Both the position numbers and the translations under genes were made by a program. The notes beneath the pieces are model-generated. The model searched no databases. It saw nothing but the letters and a program-made list of their open reading frames with translations, and was not told the origin of the DNA. DNA of 64,000 nucleotides, from assembly GCA_040357565.1 (NCBI GenBank), contig JBDODJ010000028.1. The stretch is one strand, 5' to 3'. Shown one piece after another: positions 42,430-55,509 of this stretch (positions within the stretch are counted from its first letter, which is position 1; each line of letters starts with the position of its first letter). Source of the stretch: Cercozoa sp. M6MM (Eukaryota; Protista; Endomyxa: Ascetosporea).

Positions 42430-44216
42430 TCAGCAACCCTTAGGCACGTCCGTGGCAATGAGGCGCTGCGGGATGCCGTAGTTTTCGGACAAGAGGCCGA
42501 TCAGCTCATCAACACGCTGACCCTGCAAAGACACGGCGGTCGTGTTACGCTTCTTGACCTGCGTCGGCTGCGTCGTTACCGAGCAGGCGCACTTGTGACT
42601 ACACACACACACACACACACCCCATGCAGTCGTCGGGTCAAGTGATAGTCTAGTGATAGATACCGAACAAGCTCAGCGAACTCGTCGGGCACTATGTTAA
42701 AATTCTCCAGCAGCGTCACTGTACACACCTCAAAATCTTTACCGCAGAAGAGAACCACCATGTCATAAAACATAAACAAACCAGCGGTGACAAACTTGCG
42801 CCGACCGCGGTTCTTGATCACCGTGATTTGCACAGAAGGCGGCGCAGCACACTGAACAGCACAAACAAATACAAACAAAAAGACTGCAGTGGAAGCAGCT
42901 ACACACCTTGTATTCAGGCTCAAACAGTGGATCGTTTTCGTTCACCTAAACAGATAGGTTATACACAGACACAGACACAGAAAGACACAGACACAGACAC
43001 GCTGACAATTCGCAGTTCAAACGCACCAAAGCATTGAACCGCTGCAGACGCGCACAGAAACGGTCGGCGAGCTCCTTGCGCGTGATCTGAGGCGGCGCAT
43101 TCGTCGCCTGCTCCGATGCGCGCGCGGCAGACTGAGGCTTGCCCTGTAAAAAGTGAAGTGAGACGCCCGCCTTCCAAGGAAGAATGACATCAGAACACTA
43201 ACCTTGTCGCTCAAGAAGAGCGCTTGCCGCAATGTCTCGTCGAGGAGAACGTTGGGTCCATTCAGCAGGTCGTTGTGCTCCCTCAAGTACTGCCCAAAGC
43301 CAGAGTGAAGATGAACAGCAGCCCTTCCCCCAGACACTGTGCAACTGAAGTAACCTTCATTAGTCCTTCGCGGCACTCGGGCAGTGTTAGCAAACCTCGC
43401 ATTTCTGTGGCTTTGAAAAACGGGGCAAGCTTGTTAGACGGGCGGAATAGCGTTTTGACCTGGAGCACATATATACAATATTGTGCAAAACAAGGAGAAG
43501 GAATTTTACCGTCCACTTTGGTCGACCAGCTTGCTTGGCAGCCTATCACAGTGCAAGCACAACTTTCATGCTTTGAATGATAGCAAGCGGAACCAACTCA
43601 AGCTACCTCGGCCTTGGCACGCGCCTTCCTCTCAAGTTTCTCGTAGTGTCGCTGCCACGCCTCGACTTGCGTTCGATCAAATAGTGGCCAACCCGGCCGT
43701 CCGATGAGCGTGTCGTCAAAGTCACGGAGCGACAACTCGTCAGCGTCGTAGAGTCTGCCAGTGTATCAATACGACCCATCGGTACATACATAGGCATCCT
43801 CGCGCTAACAGAAGGTACCGCAATAGACCGCGCTTCTCCATCTTGCGGAGGAAACGCGCGAACTTGCCGTGCGACGTCTGCTTCATCTGCACACAAGCAT
43901 ATGCACATGAACACAGAGACACAGAGACACAAAGACAGAGACACAGAGACACAGCATACACACACACACACACAGAGACACACAGATACAATGTACGTTG
44001 AAGGTCTCAGCCATCTCAGGCGGCATGGCCTTAGTCACAAACGAGTTCAGGAAGATCGAAGCTATACCGCACAGCGGTAGAGTACGCACACCCACCCACC
44101 ACAGTAACAAGCAACATGGTACCTTTAATGGGTAAGTCACTTCGTCGAACCAAGTACTTGAGCGCAGTGTTACTGAGAGCAAGAACAACACACACACACA
44201 CACACACAACACGCAC

Positions 44217-44251
<35 letters not shown>

Positions 44252-44347
44252 CATACACATACACACAGACACAGACACAGACACAGACACAGACACAGAC
44301 GCAGACGCAGACACACACACAAACAGGAATTGTGACAGTGGCTAAAC

Positions 44348-44388
<41 letters not shown>

Positions 44389-45353
44389 CACGTGGCACAC
44401 AGCAGCAGTTCATCGGATTCCTTGCGCTGCTCGTCGGTGAAGTTGCCGCCGCTGCCGCCGCTGCTGACCTCGGAGACGTCGTCCACTGCGGTGCCGCCCT
44501 GAACAAAGACGAGGTGCGCCATCTCGGCTGCCTCCTGCAAGGACTGCGCGTTCCAGTCGATTGAACTCACGCGCACTTGTTTCTTCTGACTCCAGAAACT
44601 TACACGTCGACACAGGTGAAATAATAAGATAGTTTTGTTACCTGCAGAACGCGAAGCCACTTGAGTTTCTTCTGCGCGTGCTGCAGTAATTTCTGCAGCT
44701 TGCCGAACGAGCTGCGTTTCACGTCAAGCGACGAATCCAAGCGACGCATCTCGTTGTACACCTCGCTGTGTCCACACGGCCAGTTGAATGCACACAGCAC
44801 ATATAATATATACAATACACACAAAACATAGAGAAGACTACGTGGCCTCGACGGGGTCTTTGTCCAGGTTCTTCAGCGCTAGCGCCAGGGCAATCACGAG
44901 GCGCTCGTCGCCTTCGACGACAGGAATCTCGAGCTCGTTTTCCTCTGCTTCCTCCTGTGCTTCGCCCTGCTCCTGCTCGTCCTGGTCACTGTGCTCGACA
45001 TCATCGTCGGCAGCAGCAGCAGCTGAGGCACGCGCCAGTTGCGCCTCGATCGGCAGCACGTAGCCCTTCTTGGCGAAACCTGCGTTAGGAGGCGACGTGA
45101 ACTTTGCGAGCTCTACGCGACAACAGCAACGATAAGAACAACTGTCTGTTGCGAAAGAAAGTAGCAAGACTACTGCAGAGAGCGTCGCCGTATCGGTGTA
45201 GCACGTGGACGGCCACGCCTTCCACTGCACATGTCCAGCAACAACCTCTCCTTACCCCCTTCCCTGAGAAACACTAAAGCTACCGTTGAATACACCGTCA
45301 CTGGAAACTCCATCGCTTACGTCCAATCCTTCTAAGCATATCCAAACATCTCT

Positions 45354-45403
<50 letters not shown>

Positions 45404-45413
45404 NNNNNNNNNN

Positions 45414-45465
<52 letters not shown>

Positions 45466-46391
45466 TAAATACATAGAGAGAGGAACCTCTGATGTCGCGC
45501 AAATGCGTGGCACCGTCGCCTGCGACCTGTAACGCAAGAAGCACGTACCAAAGAAGACAATCGTGAAGCCTTATGTTGAAGAGTACGCCAACAGCAAATG
45601 GAATCGGCTGGCCGTCGACCCTCACGACAACCACCTGAAGATAAACCCACAGCACACAACACATGCACAGCATAGCAACCAGATATGTACAAGCACAACA
45701 ACGTGATATTTTCATGGAGCAACAAGCTCGCACCTGGCCCTGTCGAATGCGTGACCACTGCGACAGCGGCTCTGGGAAGGTGCCCGGCATGAAGAGGTGC
45801 GACCCGCGCAACAGCGGTTTCGACACCGACGCGTGGATCAGCACGTGCGGCAGCGCGTCGAACAGCGCCGAATGCGACGCCAGCAGCGGTACCGTCGGCA
45901 ACAGATCGCCCTATCCACCACACAATCACACAAACGCACATACAAATACTGCATGTGCCATTAATGAACACATACCTGAGCACCGCCAGGACAAAAGAAG
46001 ACCGGCAGATCGTCGACGACAAAGACACCGGCGCCGTTGCTCAGTGTGCCACTTGCAACACGGCCACCCTTGGACGGAAACAGCGACTACACGTTGGATC
46101 ACAAAAAACAATACAACACAGCACATAGCAACACACAGACAGAAGTATACAGCAACGAATTCATCGTCGGCGAGCGCTCCATCGGTATCTGCGAACTGCA
46201 GCAGCACGCGCTCGCGCAACTTGCGCACCTGTGACGCTTTCATCGTTGACAGCTTGCGCAAATTCACATCCTAAACACACAGTTTCAACGTGTCTCGTGT
46301 GTCAACTTTATTCTTCCAAAACTAAATCCACCTTGCGCAGACGATTTTCTGTGTAGGGATCAGCAGCAGCATCGCGTTTCTTGTTCCCCAT
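42430..46391 (-). CDS. EIF2D: Translation re-initiation/recycling factor eIF2D (ligatin): pre-PUA/PUA, SWIB-like and SUI1 domains
   Basis: MKASQVRKLRERV, LLPTVPLL, KPLLRGSHLFMPG, LDVKRSSFGKLQKLLQH, LLDETLRQALF, IKNRGRRKFVT and VSLQGQRV..YGIP motifs. Confidence 0.88.
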
Positions 46392-46860
46392 GGTGCACAG
46401 CCAACTTGTTTGCACTGTGCCCCGGTGCGAATGCAATAATAATTTGATTTCAGAAAAAAATAATCTTCCAAAGTACAACCTTGGAAAATCAAATTAAAAT
46501 TGCATTCGCATATATCCCAGATAAAGGCATACGCAGAACCGTGTTACTACTTTAGAAAAGTACCTACCAGAAGATAAAGTCGTTTGGTAGACCACAGGCG
46601 CAGAAAACAGGGTATTTTTGCGTTCTTTAATTTTTGCCCAATTTCACTCATGTTGCGGTTTCGTTCTGCACAGGCAGGGCCAACGTCGTGTGGTTTGAGT
46701 TCGAACACTCAGACGGACACAGTATCAACACGCACACAAGCCTGTGCAGACGATCGGATCGCAGAGCAGAGTGTGGCACGTCGACACAAAGCGCAAAAAA
46801 GTCACTCGCCTTGTCGATCATTTTTTGAGGGCGAGGCGAGGTTCGAATCCACAACCGCAA

Positions 46861-48984
46861 ATGGGCCAGGGCCAGTCGATGTCGGCGTCCAAGGCATCGC
46901 TTCGCCTGCAGCTGTACGCGCTGCACCAATACGCCGCGGATGGCACGCTGATCGAGCACCGCAACGAGCTCAAGCGCTTCCTCGCTGCGGGTGGCAATGT
47001 GAATGGCCGCCTCAAGGTACTTATCTCTGTCGTGCTTGCACAGACACTTGTAAATGATGTCTGTATCTATGTAGGCATCTGTTGACCCGACTCGTTCAAC
47101 ATTGTGGGAGAAGTTCATGATAAGTGCATCCAAGGGCCGCGACAGTCACTCACCTTCGACTGCCGACGACAGAGAGGGTACTGTCATCTCATTGTTTTGG
47201 AAACATCGATATACCACCACTATAGAAGAGTCCAGCAAAATCGAGTTGCTTCGCTGTCTGTTGGAGGTACATGCATGTGCACTGAGCCGGGGGGGGGGGA
47301 TGTCCATGTGGCTCGTGTAGGCGGGTGCGCATCCACTGAAGGCACCACGAGATGATTTCCGCGGTGGCTTGCTCTCGACTCTGATGGGCGGACGGTACAG
47401 TGCCCCCTCTGACTTCTCCTATCGCAGTACCAATGTATGTCACATTTGTCTCTCTGGCTCAGTACACTCGCTCTGCGTCTCATCGCCGACTACGTCGACG
47501 AGCACAAACTGGTAGGCCCGTGTGTTCATTCGTGTCTCTACTTTCGCACGCGCTACCCTCGTCTCTTTGCTCAGAAAGCTGCTCTGAACCGCTACCGCGA
47601 CAACAAGCTCGGCAACTCGCTGCTGCACTTTGCTGCTGCCCGGTACTGCATTCCTCTTCACTGAGTATGCACCCTGTATGGTTGAGTCTGTTGGTTGGTT
47701 GGTTTCTGTGCAGTAACCTAGCCGACGTCGTACGTCTGCTTCTCTTCGAATACGGCGCCGATCCGAACGCGCGAAACAACTACGGCTGGACGCCGCGCAT
47801 GTGCGCGCTGAACGACTCGCCGGCGCTCAACGAGGCCTTTGACCTGGCCACTGGGGACCACGTCGGCTACGTGTGCCAGATCCAGCTGCCGGCGACAGAG
47901 CCGGTGCACAGGCGGAGCGTCAGCGGACGAGACGTGTTGGTGAGCACTCGCTCGCACCAGGACCATCCCTTCCACATCGAGGGCGGCGTGCATATCTTTC
48001 CGCACGGCTACTCTATCAGCATCGACGTACCCTTGTTTGATAGCACTCCCCCCCCCCCCACCAGCTCCTGTGGCTTGTGTGTGTTAAAAATGTTTGTACG
48101 CACAGAAATCGGCGGTGAAGCGGATCATGGAGACTATTTGCGACCGGGAGCGCTACCTGAAGTATTATGAGCGCTGCGAGACACCAGCCATGTTCGCTGA
48201 GTTCGTGTACAAGCAACTGACCGACTTGCCTCGCGACGATCCGCTGTTTTCCGCCAAGGTACTCATGTCAATCCTGTGCCTGGGGGCATGTATACGTGTA
48301 TGTGGATGTATTTGTGTTAAACAGAAGAAAAAGAAGCGACAGCAGCAGAGGGAGAAGGACAGTAGGATATCTTTGCCTACCTATCTGCCTCTGTATTCCG
48401 CATGTAGCTCCTGCAGCCGAGTGCGCGTGCGACAAAGACTCGATGAACCAACGCTGCAAGCAAATTGAGGCCGTCTTTGATGACATTCTCAACTTCTACT
48501 TGGGTACCACCCGCTGTCTTGTCCCACCCGCTGTCTTGTCCCACCCGCTGTCCCCCCGTCCACCTGTTGGCTATCGTATGACTCGACTGTGCCTTCCGAT
48601 AGAGCGCAAGCAGCTGCGCATGTCAAATCTGTACGGCGACAAGTCACTCGAAGGCGACGACTCGGAACCCTCGGTACAAACTTAGCTATGGCACTGACAC
48701 AACTGAGTGACTGCATTGTGTGACTACACTGTATGACTGCACTGTGTGACTGATACAGACACCTCGCGTCGAAGAAGCCGACGAAGAGGATGACGAGGAG
48801 GACGACTCCGAGGCAATGAGTGTCGTGAGCGACATCTCGGCTCTAATGCGACGGTATCTCTCTGCATCCCCTCCTGTGAGTTTCTTACCCTGCCTGCCTG
48901 ACACTGCAGGAAAACGAATGAACTGGGTGAGGTTGAAGACGCGCGTCAGTACTGGCTCGACGTAGAGGGTGCCTTTGTCTATAT

Positions 48985-49035
<51 letters not shown>

Positions 49036-51415
49036 CTTCTTCTCAAAATGTGTGGCGGGAACAGGTCGTGCCAAACTGATACAGCTGCTGCTGTCCAAGG
49101 GATGCTTCAAGTTCGACTGGGAGGACAACACTCGGTACACACATGCACACAGACGTATGTTGTTTGGATGTATGTACTTATGTTGATGTATATGTATGTA
49201 TGTATGTATGTATGTGCATGTATGTATGTATGTATGTATGTATGTATGTATGTATGTATGTATGNNNNNNNNNNATGTATGTATGTATGTATGTATGTAT
49301 GTATGTATGTATGTATGTATGCATGTATGTATGTATGTATGTATGTATGTGTGTGTATGCCTCTAAGCAGAATTGTGGCCAACACCACCGACAGTCAAGT
49401 CGAAGTGCAGGTGCTGTTTGAAGAGCACTCGGACTGGCATATCGTGCTCCGGGTACAGTCTACTTGTCTCCATGTATGTACCTGTGTATGTGCATGCGCT
49501 CAATAGATACCGACACAAGACACGATGGCAGTGGCTGCGGCCATCTCTGCAACCAGGAGCAACTGGCTGCCTGACTCTCGGTACGTTCTTGTGAGACTGT
49601 ACTACTGCACCACTGCTCCCGATACTATCCTCTATTACACACAGACTTATGCGTGTGCGCCAGCGCATCCTGCGCAAGCGGCGAAAGTACCTGCACTCGC
49701 ACTGCGCTCTTATCGTGCGTCGTCAGAAGGTACCATCCATCTGCCTCGGCGTCTGTACCTTGGTCTGTGGACACAAAAAATACCGAGGTTTGCAGATGCG
49801 CGAGATGTGCTCGGCAGCCGTGTCGTACGCCGACCGGCAGCGCCTATCGCTGGCGCAAAAACTGCTGGCACGACGCGGCGTTTCTCACCTGGTAAGCTCA
49901 ACTGACCTTAAGGCGGCTCCTCTATCCCGTCTTGGTACATGCACCCTGTCATTCCCAGAGTGGCTACCGCAATGAGCTGCGCCGTATCATTCACGCCCTG
50001 AGCAAGTGCATCCTCTTATTTTCCTCTTGTGCTTGTGTTGTTGTTGTTGCGTTATGTGCTATGTGTGTTAACGCAGTGAGCGTGCAATCCTCAAGCGTGT
50101 GTGGAAGGAGTTCGACCGCACAGCCGAGGTAGCGTGTCCTGTGATATATCCCCTGTAGGTAGGTGTGGGCATGGGTGTGGGTGTGGGTGTGGGTGTGGGT
50201 GTGGGTGTACGTATGTGTATGTCTCTTGTCGTCTCTGTAGATTCCCTCGACGAGCGAGCTATTCCGCGGTCTGTCCAAGGAGGTACCTATTCGTGTTCCT
50301 TGTGCCCAAAACCCTATTGTCGTGTGTGAATGTAGGACGTGCTGTACGTGACGGAGAAGGAGGAGACTTCTGCCGCCGCCGCCGAGGTACCGGAGGCTAG
50401 GATGCAGCAGCCGTCGCACCGGCCGTGGCGTCCTCGTCACGCGAGTGCCGACGACAGTTTGCTGACGGACGTGACCACTACGACGAGCGACACCTCGTCG
50501 AGTGCCATCGACGACGTTGCCAACACGCTCGCCTCGCTCTACATCGTAGCTTATTGCCCCTCTACCCGCCTTGCCCGCTCCTCTCATATAATATCCCATG
50601 TGCTGTACTGCCTTGCCTTGCTGTAGGATTTTGAGGAAGGCGTCGACAAGGTGGCCAAGACTGAGCAGACGTCGCGCACGCTGCAGACGACTCGCACCAC
50701 GCCCTGGCAGTGCAACGTGTGCCACAAGTACTTTGCCTCCAAATGCAATCTCGCCGTACACATGGCGCTGCACGGTAGCCCCTGCTTGATCTTTCGAGTA
50801 AGGATAAAGGGGGTGGAGATTTTTTGTGTACAGAGCCGGACGCCAGAAAGTTCGTGTGCGAGGTGTGCGGCCACCGCTTCGCCAAGAAGCAAAACCTTGT
50901 GACGCATTCGCGAACGCACACCGGCGAGAAACCATTCAAATGCGAGCAGGTATGGTCGCACGTGTGTGTTCTAAAGGTATGTGGCTTTATGTGTCTGTAT
51001 GGTGGGCTTCAATAGTGCGGCAAGGGATTCGCACGACGCAACAACCTGCAGCGACACTTGCGGTAGGCACCTCTAGCCATCTGTTTTTACATAGATGGTG
51101 CGTACATCGCACAGGTCGCACCTGAGTGTCAAGCCCTTCGCGTGTCCTTGCTGTCCGCGTCGCTTCAGTGCCAAGGACTCTTTGGTAGCCTGTTTCCCCC
51201 TCCCCCTCGCAAATTCCCTCTCGCTGTCTCGCTGATCGCGTTGTCGTGTAGCGTGTGCACTTGAGACTGCACTACCCGGGCAAGCTGAAGTGTCCGCACT
51301 GGTACCGCCAGCACACAATACCATGTGTGCCTGTGTGCTTGTGCCTGTGTGCTTGTGCCTGTGTGTGCGTGTGTGTGTGCGTGTGTGTTTGTTGTGTGTA
51401 TGTGTGTGTGTGTGT

Positions 51416-51455
<40 letters not shown>

Positions 51456-52050
51456 AAGAGAGAATATGTGAGCAGCCCCAGACAGTACGTGCGTCCATCC
51501 TACTTGCGACAGCATGCCACACAGCAACACAGTATACCTTCCCTACTCGTGCGACCCCGTACGCGCATGCACAACCTTTGAGTCCAGGTGACCAATCGGC
51601 CGACATCGAGTCGGACATCAGCGCCGCCGTGGATGCGCACAGCGCCCGCGTTCGCGTCTTTGTCGATCAGGTGACTTGTCCATGTGGGGGGTTGTGTATG
51701 TGGTGTCTGTGTGTCCATGTGTGCCCGTACGTCTGTTGGACAGAAAATGAGCGAGCTCGGCTCACCTCAGCGCGCAGTGAGCACACCGCCGCGCGACGTG
51801 GCAGCATCCTCCGTGTCCTTCGTGTAGCTTGTCCTTCTGCTCCCTGTCTGGGTTAATGGATGCACGGTGTGTACGTGTGCGTGTGTGTGTATGTGTGTGT
51901 GTGTGTGTATGTGTGTAGACGCGCACCGTCTCCGCCCATGTCGGAGAGTGGCAGCACACTCGTGTCGCCGGTCACAACGCCCAAGCACGGCGCTCTGCTT
52001 GAAGGCGTACCTTTTGTGTTCTTTGCCAATTGGATTGCGGGGTGCTACCA

Positions 52051-52102
<52 letters not shown>

Positions 52103-52836
52103 GCACGCACCCTAGTGTGTGTGTGTCTTTCTCACAGAGAAGTACGGCCGAGGTGGAGGCGCTGGCGAACACGCTGCAGTTGACGGCGGAGCAGCGGCAC
52201 AAACTGCAGTCCCTTGTCACACAGGGTATGTGTCCGTTTGGTGTATGCTGTCTAAAGTGTGTCGTGGACTACCTGTGTTGAGCGTAGCCAACGTGCTGCC
52301 GTCAGCGTTGCTGCCACTGATGCGGGAACCGGGCCTAGGCGGCACGCCCACCTTCAGCAACGTCACAACCACCGGCAGTATCACACTCGACAACGTTCCT
52401 GCAGGCCTCACAGGTACGTTTAGCCCCTCTTTTCCATATACCAGAAGAAGGCAACCACACAAGTGGGTGGTAGGTTTGAGCACGCAACCCAACACAGCAA
52501 CGTCGTCGTCACTGCGAGAAGTACCCACGGTGTCAATACCGCCGCAGTCCTCAATACCGACAGTCGGCGATATGTCCGACAAGAGTTTCGCTGTCCCGGG
52601 CAGTCTGGCCTCTCTCGCTCCGCTCGACCAGTCAGCACCCGGTACTAATTTGTCTATCTCTTGTGCCGATGTTGCCATGCGTTCCTTCTCTCTCGCAGCC
52701 ACGACGTCACTGCTGGAGTTGCCAACGCTCGTTTCTCTTGAGTCGGAAGCGATTGCGGCCCCTGCCTACCAGGTACGCCTCTGTGTGTCTGTGCGCCTGT
52801 GTGTGTGTCTGTGTGTGTCTGTGTGTGTGTGTGTGT

Positions 52837-52910
<74 letters not shown>

Positions 52911-52920
52911 NNNNNNNNNN

Positions 52921-52968
<48 letters not shown>

Positions 52969-53314
52969 TGTGTGTCTGTGTGTCTGTGGGTGTGTGTGGG
53001 TGTGTGGGTGTGTGTGTGTATCGCAAGTTAATGTTTGTCTATCTTTGCAGCTGCCGCCGTTGAGTTCGGATCCGCCAGCACCAATGGGAAGCGATCCTCT
53101 GGTGGCGCAGCTGGACCCGTTCGGCGCAGATCCGCTGGATTCGATCCTGTCGGAGCCCCTGTTCCTTGGCGGTAGCATCGAAAGCCACGACTATCTCGGT
53201 GGTGGCTCGCTCGATTTGCCCCCGCTTGGCTTCCAAACCAGCTTCGGAGGCACAGGACTGCACGATGACTTTGCTTTCGCCATGCCTAGTGCTAGCGCGC
53301 CTTTCCTCGAATAG
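46861..53314 (+). CDS. Putatively N-myristoylated ankyrin-repeat protein with five C2H2 zinc fingers (single spliced frame, about 1,100-1,250 aa)
   Basis: MGQGQS start; [38 protein letters not shown]; fingers [41 protein letters not shown] and CPHC..HATQQH; junction phases checked by hand with no stop until TAG at 53312-53314. Confidence 0.75.
49187..49357 (+). repeat. Intronic (TATG)n microsatellite
   Basis: Visible directly, with a short N gap. Confidence 0.95.
52781..53018 (+). repeat. Intronic (TG)n/(TGTC) microsatellite
   Basis: Visible directly in the last intron of the zinc-finger gene. Confidence 0.95.
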
Positions 53315-53470
53315 TTTTTTAAAAAGTTCTTTATTTTTTGTCCCAGTTGTTGTTCTCTGACAGACCCAAAAACTACCCGCGACATTATTTTTATACCGGC
53401 GGTTCAAACTCACGAACTTAGAGCCACGCTCGGCACTTTAACACCTCTTACAGCCTCCTGTCTCGAGCAG

Positions 53471-53935
53471 ATGCCAGGGCCGGCCAGAGTGTTGAGCAGT
53501 GACGATGAAGATGAGGAAATTTGCGTCATATGTCAAGATGCGTTGGTCGTGGATGTTGCATCGGTCGGCTGCAGTCATTTATTTCATTTTGTACTTTGTT
53601 GCACTACCTACCTTACCGTTATCGTTTTGCTTGTCTCGCTTCCAATTGTGCGTCCAGGAGTGCATATCGCGATGGGCGCGCATCAACAATCAGTGCCCTG
53701 TGTGCAAGCTGCGTTTCGCGCAGATACGCGGTAGAGGGACTGCTGTGCACTGCGCCGATTGCGATCAAGCCGCACCCGCAGTTTCTGTACTTTTATGCCC
53801 ACTTCATATCTACACGTGTCTCCAAAGAACTGTTCCTCTTGGGCAGGAAGCTGAGGATGCGCGGCTCGCCTACCAGTTACAGCAAGGTGCATGCGAGATC
53901 TGCGGCTCTGTCGACAATGAAGAGGTGTGTCTACA

Positions 53936-53966
<31 letters not shown>

Positions 53967-55240
53967 GTACTCGTATGTGTACATCGCTTGTGATATGTGA
54001 AGATTTTGCTGATTTGTGACGGATGTACGCGCATGTACCATACGCACTGTGTCTCGCTGTCGGCGGTGCCGACCGAAGAGCAGTGGTTTTGCCATCACTG
54101 TGTTCTCTTGACCCAAGACGATGGCCTTGGTACCGCTTGAGTGACTAAACGAATGAGGAATGGTGTGGCTGTGTATGTGTATGTATGGCTGGCAGAACTC
54201 GAAGAGGACGAGGAATATGACCCTCGATTTTCTCAGATTGGCCTCGATGACTTTATTGTTGGTATTTCTGTTAAACTACTTCTGTTCTATTGAAATTGAC
54301 ACACTTTGTCGACGATGAAGCAGACGACAATATGCCAGAAGAAGATGAAGATGGGGAGGAAGAAGAGGCGGGCACTCCAAATGATAGAGCAAGTGCGGCA
54401 TTTAGAAACACGCCACCTCGACAACACGCTGAGGCGAACGCTTCCGTTAATTTCAATCTCAGTTCATTTGTCTGCGGTAAACTGCGTCTATTTTCTCACC
54501 TGTCGTTGCTCTCTTGCAGTCTTGCACGTCGGAATATTATTCCTCGCAGAATTTGAAGCAGAGACAGAAGAGGAAACTCCGCAGCCTCCGCGCAAACGAC
54601 GACGACGCAATTTTAGTGCGCTCGAGGACTCCCCGCAGGCACCGCGTGCAACAGAAGCACAGCCACCGCCGGTACTTTTCTGCTCTTCCCTTCCTTCTTT
54701 TATTTTGTCTGCCACGGAGCAGGAAACGCCCGAGGCGGTGACGGATTTGTGTTCGCCTGAACCGGCGCGACGAAACGTCTATGGCCGCGAACGGCGATCG
54801 GATGCCCAGCGAAGGAGGCCGAGTCGTGAGAGGACAGTGTCGCGTTTCTTTCTCAATGTTGGGCTAGGCGAAATCAGATCAGAAGACACCCGGGCGGTTG
54901 AAACACGTCCAAATGAGAACGCTGAGACTGCCGACTGCTACAACACTAATTCTTCTCGGTACCATGTCTGTCATTTGTTTGCGTCAGTATGCGTCTCGCG
55001 GAGTTTTTTTTTGCGTTCAGGGTATCGTTGGAACCGTTCGACGTTTTCGAGCAAGAAGAAAGGAAAAGCAAGACGCAGGTCAAGGACGCTAAAGAATCAG
55101 ACACTCGAACCAGTACTCTCCTTCTTTCTTATGAGTAAATTTCTTTGCACTGTCAATTGAACGCAGACACAAGTGCTACGCCACGCCGAGGCCATTACTT
55201 TCGCGATTTTGCGCGCCGCCTCGGTGTGATTCTTCCTTAA
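53471..55240 (+). CDS. RING finger plus PHD finger protein (PHRF1-like architecture)
   Basis: RING CVICQD...GCSHLFHFECISRWARINNQCPVCK; PHD CEICGSVDNEEILLICDGCTRMYHTHC...WFCHHC; acidic and Arg-rich tail. Confidence 0.85.
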
Positions 55241-55509
55241 TAAACTGTTTCTGTCATCGGTGGACCGGGTTACGGTTGTCGGTGGGTACTAACGTGACTT
55301 TCAAAGGACCGTGACAGCGGGTGACTAGTATTGTCAGATACGTAAAGCAGCTGCTTAGCTCATGCGCACTCGGCTGCGCTAGTTCACCTGAGGTGTTAAG
55401 AACGGAAGAGTTCGCTATCGCTGGCACGGGTTCGCGTCAGTTTAATTCTCCACGTACCGGACTTCAAGTTCTGACGCCAAATTGGGCAGGAACCGACGCC
55501 TGCAGTCAA

